Virus record (IMG/VR): IMGVR_UViG_3300037783_000021
Location: 1-27,142 of that record
DNA length: 27,142 nt
Reading direction: 5' to 3' (one strand)
Source of the DNA: a virus
Taxonomy: Duplodnaviria > Caudoviricetes
Shown here: one piece after another, positions 1 to 8,017 of the stretch
Position numbering within the stretch: the stretch's first letter is position 1
How the letters are laid out: the number at the start of each line of letters is the position of its first letter
The notes under the pieces: model-generated
Databases searched by the model: none
What the model was told of the DNA's origin: nothing
What the model saw: the letters and a program-made list of their open reading frames with translations, nothing else
Translations under genes and position numbers: made by a program

Positions 1-498
1 GCTGACCTTGAGCTGTGTGGACTTCATGTCGATCACAGCGGGCTGGAAGCCACCGTCTTCGTCCACGATCAGGCAGAAGTGCTGGTCACTCTTCACGAGC
101 TCGTTGCCGTTGGGCAGGATCTCCTTCGAGCCGGACCGAGTGGTCTGCTGAAGCACCGGGTTGTTCGGGTTGATCTCGCCCCGGAACCCGCCGCCCATCT
201 CGCGAGGCGTGAACTCGAGATACTTCGTGGTCTGGTAGCAGGGGATCACGGTGAGGCCTTGCTCCCCGTCCCAGTACTGCCCGGTCACGTTGTTGAACGC
301 ATCGCCCGAGGAAGCGCCCTCGATGTACTCGGCCTTCTTCTTGTTGAGCTGGGGCGACAGCGCCTGCAGCAGGCGGACGAACGGGATCTGCATCTCGTCG
401 GAGGAAAAGGCAGCGCCCTCGCCCGCGTCGAGCACCATGTCTTCCAGCAGGGCGGCCGAGAGGGCCGTGTTCTTCGCGGTTGCGACTTCGTTTGCCAT
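1..498 (-). CDS. Conserved phage replication-module protein (possible ssDNA-binding protein), partial, runs off the left edge
   Basis: Not in the ORF track; translated by hand: MANEVATAKNTALSAALLEDMVLDAGEG...QIPFVRLLQALSPQLNKKK...AVIDMKSTQLKVS. RBS GGAGA upstream, open frame to position 1. Function is inference from context. Confidence 0.8.
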   Translation of the reverse strand, partial: MANEVATAKNTALSAALLEDMVLDAGEGAAFSSDEMQIPFVRLLQALSPQLNKKKAEYIEGASSGDAFNNVTGQYWDGEQGLTVIPCYQTTKYLEFTPREMGGGFRGEINPNNPVLQQTTRSGSKEILPNGNELVKSDQHFCLIVDEDGGFQPAVIDMKSTQLKVS

Positions 499-500
499 GA

Positions 501-1058
501 TTACTTTCTCCGAATCTCAGCAGCGTTGACGATGTAGGCCCCGAACATGTCGAGGTCGATTGCCTTCCCGTTCTCGAAGCGCTCCTTGACGAAGGCCTTG
601 AGCGTCATCGGGTGGATGGCAGTCTTGGTCTGAGGGTCGAAACCCTCGGCGCGCAGGCGGTCAACGAGGTCGCCTGCCACATTGTCTTCACCACGGCCGA
701 AGCTCAGCGACACATCGTTCTTGATGATGTCGTCGAGGCCATTGGACCGGAGCCAGCCGTACGCCTCGTCCTTGCGCTCGGCAGGGATAGACGCATGCAC
801 GATCAGCTTGCGGGCAACGGTCACGCCATCGACGTCGAGCCGCTCCACGCCCATCTCGTCCATGAGAGCCGGGATCTGCTCGGTCGAGAGCTTGTGCTTC
901 TGCTGCTTCAGAGCCTTGAGGTGCTCTTCCGTGTCCGCGATCTCCTTCTCCACGGAGCGGAGGGAACGGACGAGGTTCGACAGGGACTTGCCTGTGTCGG
1001 TGTCAACGCTGCCGAAGGCCTCGGCGTCGTCGAAGATGTCGTCGAAGATGTCAGTCAC
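501..1058 (-). CDS. Conserved phage protein (coiled coil plus IHPMTLKAFVKE motif), replication module
   Basis: ORF 501..1121; the GTG at 1058 has RBS GAGGA 8 nt upstream; stop lies just upstream of the next gene's start. Confidence 0.85.
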   Translation of the reverse strand: MTDIFDDIFDDAEAFGSVDTDTGKSLSNLVRSLRSVEKEIADTEEHLKALKQQKHKLSTEQIPALMDEMGVERLDVDGVTVARKLIVHASIPAERKDEAYGWLRSNGLDDIIKNDVSLSFGRGEDNVAGDLVDRLRAEGFDPQTKTAIHPMTLKAFVKERFENGKAIDLDMFGAYIVNAAEIRRK

Positions 1059-1085
1059 AAGTACAATCCTCTTCAGGTTAGGGGG

Positions 1086-1121
1086 TTGATCACAGGCAGC
1101 TTGTTCGCTACCTGTAGGCAA
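1086..1121. promoter_or_regulatory. Divergent promoter region with inverted repeat (possible operator)
   Basis: ACAGGCAGC-ttgttc-GCTACCTGT (1092-1115), flanked by TTGATC on + (1086) and TTGCCT on - (1121); -10 boxes are weak. Confidence 0.45.
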
Positions 1122-1144
1122 TCATCTAGACGGAGAACGAAACC

Positions 1145-2614
1145 ATGTCAACGATAGTCGATCAGAAAACGTTCAAGACCACCCCCTACCAGCATCAGAT
1201 GGACGCCTTGGCAGCCGGTGCGGAGCGGGAGTCCTTCGGGTTTCTCATGGAGATGGGGACCGGGAAGTCGAAGTGCCTGATCGACAACATGGCACACCTG
1301 TACTTGAAGGGGAAGATCAACTTCGCCCTCGTGATCGCGCCCAAAGGCGTCTACCGCAACTGGGTGTCGAAGGAGATCCCGGAGCACCTGAGCGACGGCA
1401 TTCCTCGCCGCGTGATCCGGTGGGTGGCCAACCCGAACAAGCAGCAGAGCGAAGAGCTGAAGTCCGTTGGCACCCCGTTTGACGGGCTCACCATCTTCGT
1501 CATGAATGTCGAAGCGTTCTCGACACAGAAGGGGAAAACCGCCGGTGAGTGGTTGGCCAAGCGCCTCGGCGGCAAAGGCCTGATCGCCATCGACGAATCG
1601 ACCACGATCAAGAACCCCAAGGCGAAGCGGACCAAGACCCTGCTGAAGATCGCGGCCGGGTTCGCGTACCGCCGGATCCTCACCGGCTCGCCCGTGACCA
1701 AGTCGCCCATGGATGTCTATGCGCAGTTCGAGTTCCTCGGACCTCGGCTCTTGGGCCACGAATCCTTCTACACGTTCCAAGGCCGCTACGCTGTCATGGT
1801 GAAGCGCAGCATGGGGCGGCATTCTTTCAATCAGCTGGTGGGGTACAAGAACCTCGAAGAGCTGACCGGGCTCGTCGATCAGCACAGCTTCCGTGTCCTG
1901 AAGAAGGACTGCCTTGATCTTCCCGAGAAGGTCTTCACCGCCCGCTACGTGTCCATGACGGACGAACAGCGCCGGATGTACACGCAGATCAGGGACTACG
2001 CCCTGACCCTCCTCGACAGCGGAGAACTGGTGTCCACGCCTCAGGTCATCACCCAGATGCTCCGCCTCCAGCAGGTACTGTCCGGCCACCTGAAGACGGA
2101 CGACGGGGAGATGGCATATTTCCCGAGCAAGCGTATGGAGGCGCTGGTCGAGGCGCTCGACGAGCACGACGGGAAAGCAATTATCTGGTCTCGGTTCCGC
2201 TATGACATCCAGCAGATCGTGCGTGAGCTCGAGGACAAGTTCGGTGCCGGGTGCGCGGCCGCGTACTACGGGGACACGGACGATGACGAGCGCAACGACA
2301 TCGTGCGGAACTTCCAGAACCCGGACCATCCGCTCCGCTTCTTCGTCGGCAACCCGGCGACGGCAGGCTACGGCCTGACCCTGACCGAGGCGAACCTCGT
2401 GGTATACTTTGCGAATTCGTATTCGTTGGAGCACCGGCTGCAGTCACAGGACCGTGTGCACCGCATCGGTCAGCGCAACCCGGTGACTTACATCGACCTC
2501 ATCACCGAGGGTACCATCGACGAGAAGATCGTGGAGGCCCTTCGGAACAAGATCGACATCGGCGCCAAGGTTCTCGGAGAGGAGGCACAGGAATGGCTCA
2601 GACTCGGAAAGTGA
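1145..2614 (+). CDS. SNF2-related (SF2) DNA helicase
   Basis: Walker A MEMGTGKS, motif II IDEST, motif III LTGSP, C-terminal GYGLTLTEA and QSQDRVHRIGQ; RBS GGAGA. Confidence 0.95.
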   Translation: MSTIVDQKTFKTTPYQHQMDALAAGAERESFGFLMEMGTGKSKCLIDNMAHLYLKGKINFALVIAPKGVYRNWVSKEIPEHLSDGIPRRVIRWVANPNKQQSEELKSVGTPFDGLTIFVMNVEAFSTQKGKTAGEWLAKRLGGKGLIAIDESTTIKNPKAKRTKTLLKIAAGFAYRRILTGSPVTKSPMDVYAQFEFLGPRLLGHESFYTFQGRYAVMVKRSMGRHSFNQLVGYKNLEELTGLVDQHSFRVLKKDCLDLPEKVFTARYVSMTDEQRRMYTQIRDYALTLLDSGELVSTPQVITQMLRLQQVLSGHLKTDDGEMAYFPSKRMEALVEALDEHDGKAIIWSRFRYDIQQIVRELEDKFGAGCAAAYYGDTDDDERNDIVRNFQNPDHPLRFFVGNPATAGYGLTLTEANLVVYFANSYSLEHRLQSQDRVHRIGQRNPVTYIDLITEGTIDEKIVEALRNKIDIGAKVLGEEAQEWLRLGK

Positions 2615-2826
2615 AACCCGCATACACCAAAAAGGTGCAGAGAATCCTGACGAAAGGACGGCACCGGGAGATCAAGGCGTCAGAGATGCGGGACCAGCTG
2701 GCAAAGGAGCTCGGCCTCACCCCCGACATCGCTGCCGCCTTGGGCAGGGAGATGCGCCTCAACGGCGCCGGGGTTGCCCCGAGGAAGCAAGTGGGATACA
2801 AAAAGCCAACAAGAAAAGAGGTTTAA
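2593..2826 (+). CDS. Small basic hypothetical protein
   Basis: 77-aa ORF with GGAGG upstream of ATG 2593; fills the gap between helicase and next gene; alternative GTG start at 2611. Confidence 0.6.
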   Translation: MAQTRKVKPAYTKKVQRILTKGRHREIKASEMRDQLAKELGLTPDIAAALGREMRLNGAGVAPRKQVGYKKPTRKEV

Positions 2827-2827
2827 C

Positions 2828-3001
2828 ATGGCCAAGGAAGAGCTCAAATTTCGCAACGTCGCTGTCCTCCGGGACGACCATGAGCGACTCCGCCGTCTCG
2901 CCGACCACGACCAGCGGTCCATGGCCCGGGAACTGACGGTGCTGATCCGGAACGCCTACATCGAAACCTTCGGTGAGGACATCGTAGAAGGGGCCGCGTG
3001 A
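2828..3001 (+). CDS. Arc/ribbon-helix-helix-like DNA-binding protein
   Basis: MAKEELKFRNVAVLRDDHERLRRLADHDQRSMARELTVLIRNA: beta-strand followed by helix-RS-helix pattern; RBS AGAGG. Confidence 0.7.
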   Translation: MAKEELKFRNVAVLRDDHERLRRLADHDQRSMARELTVLIRNAYIETFGEDIVEGAA

Positions 3002-3017
3002 GCGGCCCCTTTCCTTC
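2988..3017. terminator. Intrinsic terminator hairpin between convergent genes
   Basis: AAGGGGCCGC-GTGA-GCGGCCCCTT (GNRA loop) followed by a T/C-rich run. Confidence 0.7.
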
Positions 3018-3576
3018 ACTGATCGACCTCGAACTCGTTCGCCGACAGCGCCCATACCACCATCGATGCCCGGTCCTGCCCCGCCCGGCGGTACACGTCC
3101 GCGCGGGCAATGGTACCGACCTTGTGCATGGCACTGCAGAGGGCGTGCATCTCCGTCGTCCCGAGGCTCGGGTCACCCATCACCTTGACCAGCGTGCCGG
3201 TGCAGGTGGGGCCCGTGTCCCGCAGGTGCTGCAGAATGCGGTCCTTGATCGTGGGCTCGGCCGCGACGTCCGGTTCTACTACTTCGGCCGGGTCGTCGTA
3301 GTCCTGATCCACCGTGACCACGACCCGACGGGGGTTGTCCGCCCGGATCGCCCGGAACGGCACGTCGTCCCGCCGGTCCTCGTAGTTGGGCAGGATCTGA
3401 CAGGTCACCGTGTCACCCTCCCGCAAGCCCACAGCAGAGACGAGGCGAGCGTTCAAGAACACCCGATCCCCCTCCGCCGTGACCCCGAAGCCGCAGCCAG
3501 AGAAGGAGATGGTGTCGAGGAACACCCGCACCTCCTTTGCCGTGGGGAACTTAGTGAAGGCCTCTGCGCGATCCAT
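3016..3576 (-). CDS. Hypothetical protein with cold-shock/OB-like N-terminal domain and possible winged-helix C-terminal domain
   Basis: GFGVTAEGDRVFLNARLVSAVGLREGDTV resembles the CSD RNP1/RNP2 pattern; IKDRILQHLRDTGPTCTGTL is HTH-like; RBS AGGAGA. Confidence 0.65.
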   Translation of the reverse strand: MDRAEAFTKFPTAKEVRVFLDTISFSGCGFGVTAEGDRVFLNARLVSAVGLREGDTVTCQILPNYEDRRDDVPFRAIRADNPRRVVVTVDQDYDDPAEVVEPDVAAEPTIKDRILQHLRDTGPTCTGTLVKVMGDPSLGTTEMHALCSAMHKVGTIARADVYRRAGQDRASMVVWALSANEFEVDQ

Positions 3577-3853
3577 TCTTATCTCCTTCCATGTCTTGAA
3601 CCTCTTGCTCCACCGCAGACAGGATCGAGCGCACGGTCTGGTCGTACGTGTCCCTGTCGAAGCCGAGCCTGACAGACGTGAGGATCGCTGTCACGATCAC
3701 CGGAGTCACGATCAGGGGATTGGCGTCGCGGTTCGACCAGTGCTGCATCATGCGCATGGTCTCCATCTTCGCCAGCCTGAACTGCTCCTGAATAGACTCT
3801 TCTACCTCCTCGTCCGTCGGCTCGTAGACGTCGTCGTCTTGGTCGTCGATCAT
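3551..3853 (-). CDS. Acidic hypothetical protein
   Basis: 100-aa ORF, ATGA-coupled to the upstream gene. Confidence 0.7.
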   Translation of the reverse strand: MIDDQDDDVYEPTDEEVEESIQEQFRLAKMETMRMMQHWSNRDANPLIVTPVIVTAILTSVRLGFDRDTYDQTVRSILSAVEQEVQDMEGDKNGSRRGLH

Positions 3854-4236
3854 TGGTCCTTGGTCCTTGCTTCTTCGTACGCGTCACGTACCAGCTCGAG
3901 CAGGTACTCCATGACAGTGTTCACGCCCAGCTTGGTGCACTCGTTGTAGAGCCACCACTGCTGGTCGACGTCGAGTTCCGTCAGCACGCTCTTCGACTGA
4001 CCAAAGGTCAGGCCGGACATCTCGGCGGCGTGTTTGATGCTACGCCTGCCCACCAGCGGAGGCAGCTCCTTGTTGCGGCGGGCGCGGTACACGATGCCCT
4101 CCACCACCCGGTAGTGGATGCCGGTCTTGATGCCAATCTGCTTGGGGGTCAAACGTTCTTTTGCGAGCTCGATGATCTCATCTTTGCGGGGGTGTGCGTG
4201 TGCTGGCACAGTGTCCTCTTCTTGGTAAAGGTTCAT
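3850..4236 (-). CDS. HTH-containing protein (probable paralogue of 5676-6038)
   Basis: IIELAKERLTPKQIGIKTGIHYRVVEGIVYRARR HTH-like segment; start at ATG 4236 or GTG 4209 (RBS GAGGA). Confidence 0.7.
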   Translation of the reverse strand: MNLYQEEDTVPAHAHPRKDEIIELAKERLTPKQIGIKTGIHYRVVEGIVYRARRNKELPPLVGRRSIKHAAEMSGLTFGQSKSVLTELDVDQQWWLYNECTKLGVNTVMEYLLELVRDAYEEARTKDQ

Positions 4237-4238
4237 CG

Positions 4239-4784
4239 TTACAGGGTGTCCTCGGCGTCGAGGCGGTTGTCCTTCAGCTTCTCGTTCTTCTGGGCGTCCA
4301 TGAGGATTGCCATGCAGGCCATGACATGGGCGAGGTGGGACACGCCGCTTTCCGGATCCGTGTCCTCGCCTTCGAACCACGCCATCAGGTGGCGCAGCGC
4401 CGCGTCGTAGTAGACGGTGGCCGACACGGCATGGAGCCGCCAGTTGTACCGGCCGTACTTCTTGGCGCCGAGCTCGAACACCTTGCCCATCTCCTGCAGC
4501 GGCATGACGGGCGTGCTCGACATCTTCAGCTTCTTCTCCCCGTACTGGGTCTTCGGGTTGTCGTCAGGGTAGCTCGTCAAGATGTCCGCAGGGCCAGCGT
4601 TCCACTCGCCCGCTCCGTTGTCCACTCCGGCCCACGCAGCCATCCTGCTCGCCACGTTCTCCACGAACAGGACATCCACCTCGCATGCCAGCGACGTTTC
4701 GTAGATGGAGGCCTCCAAGTTGTTCGCGAGGAACTGCCAGACTTTCTGTTCCTTCTTCGACAGCTCGGGTTTCTTGTTACTCAT
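4239..4784 (-). CDS. dATP/dGTP diphosphohydrolase domain protein (DUF5664-like)
   Basis: NPKTQYGEKK...GAKKYGRYNWR...YYDAALRHLMAWFEGEDTDPESGVSHLAHVMAC family signature. Confidence 0.88.
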   Translation of the reverse strand: MSNKKPELSKKEQKVWQFLANNLEASIYETSLACEVDVLFVENVASRMAAWAGVDNGAGEWNAGPADILTSYPDDNPKTQYGEKKLKMSSTPVMPLQEMGKVFELGAKKYGRYNWRLHAVSATVYYDAALRHLMAWFEGEDTDPESGVSHLAHVMACMAILMDAQKNEKLKDNRLDAEDTL

Positions 4785-5016
4785 CTACCGCGTCCTTCTT
4801 CCCCTGCTCCTCGGCCCACTCCTTCAGCTTCTCCAGCTCCTCGGTGGTGTGCTGGCTGAGGAGGATGTCCATGAGCATGAACCCATACTTTTCCAGCGCC
4901 TCCTTGTGGATGTCGAGGGTCTTGCGGACGCTGGCCATCTCATCCTCGAGTGCCTCCACGCGCGCCTTGAGGTCTCCGCCTTGCTGTTCCATCTTGCTCA
5001 AGTCCCATTTAGCCAT
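4777..5016 (-). CDS. Coiled-coil hypothetical protein
   Basis: MAKWDLSKMEQQ...; RBS GGGAGA before ATG 5016. Confidence 0.7.
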   Translation of the reverse strand: MAKWDLSKMEQQGGDLKARVEALEDEMASVRKTLDIHKEALEKYGFMLMDILLSQHTTEELEKLKEWAEEQGKKDAVDE

Positions 5017-5026
5017 GTCGGTCTCC

Positions 5027-5128
5027 CTAGAAGGGCGGCTCCCAGCCAAGCTCGCTGGGCTGCCACGTTGTGTAGAACTCAGGGTGGATGCCCAGAGTCT
5101 CGATGAAGAGAGCGAGGCGCGGACTCAT
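5027..5128 (-). CDS. 33-aa phage peptide ending WxP...GWEPPF
   Basis: MSPRLALFIETLGIHPEFYTTWQPSELGWEPPF; ATGA overlap with the upstream stop. Confidence 0.55.
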   Translation of the reverse strand: MSPRLALFIETLGIHPEFYTTWQPSELGWEPPF

Positions 5129-5340
5129 ACGTCCACGCCCGCATCCCGTAGTGCCCGCACCAGACGAGCCTCGCAGTTCTTCATGGTACGGTACTTCGTG
5201 CCGCGACCGGGACCGTGGCTCAAGACTATGACAGTCTTTCCGTCCACTTTGACGACCCAGTGCTTCTTGCGCGACTGGATCTCGATCCGTGAACCGTGGT
5301 CCTTGAGCAGCCGGTCCAGCTTCGCGCTGCCCGTACGCAT
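5125..5340 (-). CDS. Small basic protein, possibly HicA-like (dsRBD fold)
   Basis: Helix, then RKKHWVVKVDGKTVIVLSHG beta-meander, then helix; TGATG coupling; fold call tentative. Confidence 0.6.
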   Translation of the reverse strand: MRTGSAKLDRLLKDHGSRIEIQSRKKHWVVKVDGKTVIVLSHGPGRGTKYRTMKNCEARLVRALRDAGVDV

Positions 5341-5600
5341 CAGCGGTCACACCAGTCAACATCGTTGTGCCCCTCATCGACCAAGGCGTCCGCCAGCCAG
5401 TCCGTGGCAGCCTTGCCGATCTTGGCGACCAGCTGGTCATAGGTGTACGTGTTTCGGCCGAGGCTGATCTCGGCCACGTCGATGTCGTTGACCTCTTCCC
5501 AGACGGGCGAACCGGGGACGCCGTAGTCCACCTTCTCCGAGCGGCCGTGCAGCAGCACGCAGCATTCGCTGTACACCCAAGCCTGACGATCATAGTCCAT
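5340..5600 (-). CDS. Hypothetical protein
   Basis: 86-aa ORF with RBS AGGAGA. Confidence 0.75.
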   Translation of the reverse strand: MDYDRQAWVYSECCVLLHGRSEKVDYGVPGSPVWEEVNDIDVAEISLGRNTYTYDQLVAKIGKAATDWLADALVDEGHNDVDWCDR

Positions 5601-5618
5601 GTTCTGTCTCCTAATTGA

Positions 5619-5661
5619 AGGTTGTGCGTAGGTTGTATGCTGACGGCCGGTGGGCCGTCAA
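5619..5661 (-). promoter_or_regulatory. Putative sigma70-type promoter overlapping a hairpin and tandem ACAACCT repeats
   Basis: TTGACG (5661-5656), 18 nt, TACAAC (5637-5632); inverted repeat TGACGGCC-ggtg-GGCCGTCA at 5641-5660. Confidence 0.55.
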
Positions 5662-5675
5662 CACTATCGGTCGGA

Positions 5676-6038
5676 TCACTTCCCGCCCAGCTCCTCGTCA
5701 TAGACGTCCGCGATGATCCCGGCCACCAGCTCGGCGACCGTGCCACCCTTCGGCACCACACTGTAGAGCCACACCCTGACGTCGTCAGGCAGGGTTGACA
5801 GCATGAGTGTCATGGACCCGGTAGGCGGATCGTCCTTGCCCCGGAGCAGGGTCGGGGTTTGGCGCGGCGGCAGCATCCCGGCCTCCCGGGCATCCCTGAC
5901 GTACAGGTGCGCCATGCTCAGGCTGATGTCCAAGGCCTCAGCGATGTCCTTGGTCCTCGCTCCTTCCTGCTTCATTCTGGTGACCTGCTGCAGGCGTATC
6001 GCGCGGGGCTTCTTCCACGGGGCTATTCCTCCGGGCAT
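5676..6038 (-). CDS. HTH-containing protein (probable paralogue of 3850-4236)
   Basis: VTRMKQEGARTKDIAEALDISLSMAHLYVRDAR HTH; strong RBS AGGAGG. Confidence 0.75.
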   Translation of the reverse strand: MPGGIAPWKKPRAIRLQQVTRMKQEGARTKDIAEALDISLSMAHLYVRDAREAGMLPPRQTPTLLRGKDDPPTGSMTLMLSTLPDDVRVWLYSVVPKGGTVAELVAGIIADVYDEELGGK

Positions 6039-6204
6039 CTCTTGCCTCCTTTCTTATCCTGTTGATTTCGCCCTGATTTCCATGGGCCATGCGGTGGATG
6101 ACTTCCAGCTGGTCCGGGGTTACCCACCATGCGGGGATCTTGACGTATCCCGCCCGACGCAGGGCTGCCGCCACGCCAAGATTGGGCGACGGACCTCCGC
6201 TCAC
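5938..6204 (-). CDS. Hypothetical protein (LRRAGYVKIPAWWVT...)
   Basis: GTG overlapping the dCMP deaminase stop, RBS GGAGA; 3' end overlaps the next gene by 101 nt. Confidence 0.55.
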   Translation of the reverse strand: MSGGPSPNLGVAAALRRAGYVKIPAWWVTPDQLEVIHRMAHGNQGEINRIRKEARDARRNSPVEEAPRDTPAAGHQNEAGRSEDQGHR

Positions 6205-6653
6205 TCGTCGATCTCCGTGACAGCCACACCGGCCTCGTTGAACTGCTCCCACGTCAGCAGCAGGTCGTGTCTCCAGCGCTCTTCGAACTCGGCCGTCGGC
6301 CTCGGCCACATGACGTAGCGCACTCCGGCTTGGATGATCAGCGCCGCGCACTGGGCGCAGCAAGGATGAGTCACGACCAGAGTACAGCCATGGGTGGATC
6401 CGGTCGCGAACAAGATCGCGTTCTTCTCCGCGTGCAAGACAAGCTTGTACTTGGTCTCCCGGTGGTTCAAGCGCGAGTCGGTGTCGAGGACGCCACGGGC
6501 GAAACCATTGTACCCGGCGCTGACAATCCGTCGCTTCTCGTCGAAGATGACGGCGCCCACTTGGGTGCTTGGGTCCTTGCTCAGCTTGGCGACGTGATGC
6601 GCCATGCCCATCGCCCACTCCTGCAGGCGGGGGGTGTCGAGGGGATTGGTCAT
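6201..6653 (-). CDS. dCMP deaminase (cytidine/deoxycytidylate deaminase family)
   Basis: SKDPSTQVGAVI, GYNGF, HAEKNAI, PCCAQC zinc motif. Confidence 0.95.
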   Translation of the reverse strand: MTNPLDTPRLQEWAMGMAHHVAKLSKDPSTQVGAVIFDEKRRIVSAGYNGFARGVLDTDSRLNHRETKYKLVLHAEKNAILFATGSTHGCTLVVTHPCCAQCAALIIQAGVRYVMWPRPTAEFEERWRHDLLLTWEQFNEAGVAVTEIDE

Positions 6654-7072
6654 TTCGGTTCCCTGTGTTTGGCCAAGGCGGCCCTGACTTTTCTCTCAAC
6701 AGCGACCATGTCCATGTTCGCCCCAGAAAGCGCCCCGTCCGCGAGAGCCAATGCCTCCACCAGTTCCTCGATGCGGGCTTTCGCCTCGTCCTTCGCGCTC
6801 TCCCGGCCAGCCATCCACGCAACGGTCAGGTCGCAGTCCTCGCCCAGCGGGCAGGTCCTGCTGGCCTTCCGTTCCTCGTTCAACGCCCGCCACCCGAGGA
6901 TCTCGCTGTGCGCCTCCCAGATCAGGTCGGCCACGCCCGTGGCAGGCATGAGCCGCTCGGTGTCCGTCCAGATGTCCGAGCGCTCCGCCATCTGCGCCGC
7001 ACGCTCAAGCCGCCTCGGGAGGGAGGCGTCGAGCGCCTCCATCTTCACTTCCCAGTCGATGTCGTCGGTCAT
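6650..7072 (-). CDS. Hypothetical protein
   Basis: MTDDIDWEVK...; RBS AGGAGGA; ATGA coupling at both ends. Confidence 0.75.
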   Translation of the reverse strand: MTDDIDWEVKMEALDASLPRRLERAAQMAERSDIWTDTERLMPATGVADLIWEAHSEILGWRALNEERKASRTCPLGEDCDLTVAWMAGRESAKDEAKARIEELVEALALADGALSGANMDMVAVERKVRAALAKHREPK

Positions 7073-7620
7073 TTCGGTTCCTCCTGCCGCCGAGCGAAGT
7101 CGGCCTCGAGCGCATCGCAGAAGCGGGCCAGCTGCGCCGCGCCCGTCTCGCCCTGCCGCCACTCTGCCTTGGCTCTGGCCACATCTCCGACGCCCTCCAA
7201 GCGGACGCCGCCTTCGTAGCTGGCCATGAAGAAGCAGTGGCCGGTGTCCCCGTTGGGGATGCGCACCTCCCCGATCATCCGATACTGCGGCTTGATCTTC
7301 CTGAATTCCTCCATGACCCGGGCAAAGCGCTCCGAGACGGACAGCTCTGCCGCCACGGCCCGGTCCTCTTCGATCTGGGTCAGGATCTTGTCGATGTTCT
7401 TGGCCGCGTCCTCGAGGGTGAACGGCATCCCGTCAGCGCGCGTGGTGTAGCCGGTCAGCTGCCGGTAACCGTCGAGCCAGTACACCCGGTCCTGCCCCGG
7501 ACGGCGGCGACCCCCGCTGACGTCGATCCGAACGCCCAGCGCCTCGGCGCGCTCAACGAACTGCGGGAAATCCTGCCGAAAGCTGCGACAGATCCGGTTT
7601 TCTTTCTGTGCCTTGGTCAT
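7069..7620 (-). CDS. Hypothetical protein
   Basis: 183-aa ORF, RBS AAGGAGG, coupled to the downstream gene. Confidence 0.8.
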   Translation of the reverse strand: MTKAQKENRICRSFRQDFPQFVERAEALGVRIDVSGGRRRPGQDRVYWLDGYRQLTGYTTRADGMPFTLEDAAKNIDKILTQIEEDRAVAAELSVSERFARVMEEFRKIKPQYRMIGEVRIPNGDTGHCFFMASYEGGVRLEGVGDVARAKAEWRQGETGAAQLARFCDALEADFARRQEEPK

Positions 7621-7632
7621 TGGTCTTCCTCC

Positions 7633-7884
7633 TTATTCAGTGAGCGTCTCGCGCTGCTTGGCGCAGAGCGTGAAGTGCAAGAATCCGACGAGGCCGATGG
7701 CCTCCTGCATGTCTCTGGTTGCATAGGCCGTCAGTGTTTGCTGCCCGATCAGGCTGCCGGCCAGCGCGACAGAGCGCAGCTTTCCCGCCTTGGCCAGTTC
7801 CAGCGCCTCCTCCAGCCTCGCGACAGTGTCGTCGTCCGGCGCTTCATTGACGTCGCGAAGACGCCTTACCCGCTCGTCAGTCAT
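7633..7884 (-). CDS. Hypothetical protein
   Basis: MTDERVRRLRD...LEEALELAKAGKLRSVALAG; RBS AAGGA. Confidence 0.75.
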   Translation of the reverse strand: MTDERVRRLRDVNEAPDDDTVARLEEALELAKAGKLRSVALAGSLIGQQTLTAYATRDMQEAIGLVGFLHFTLCAKQRETLTE

Positions 7885-8014
7885 CGTTCTTCCTTTCGAG
7901 TGTGGCAACCAGAGTGTTCAGGAACTCGGAGATCACGCCAATCGCGAGCATGATGAGCGCGGCGGCAGCGACGGTTCCTGCAATCCCTGCCACAAGTGCA
8001 ACCAAAACATCCAT
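7877..8014 (-). CDS. Small membrane protein (45 aa)
   Basis: Not in the ORF track; MDVLVALVAGIAGTVAAAALIMLAIGVISEFLNTLVATLERKNDD; RBS GAGGA; fills the gap exactly. Confidence 0.65.
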   Translation of the reverse strand: MDVLVALVAGIAGTVAAAALIMLAIGVISEFLNTLVATLERKNDD

Positions 8015-8017
8015 CTC

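Noticed and set aside
1148-2434. 428-aa minus-strand ORF
   Set aside because: Antisense shadow of the SNF2 helicase
5030-5120. Possible tRNA or structured RNA (hairpin CCCAGC..GCTGGG)
   Set aside because: No cloverleaf, T-loop or CCA end; better explained as the coupled 33-aa ORF
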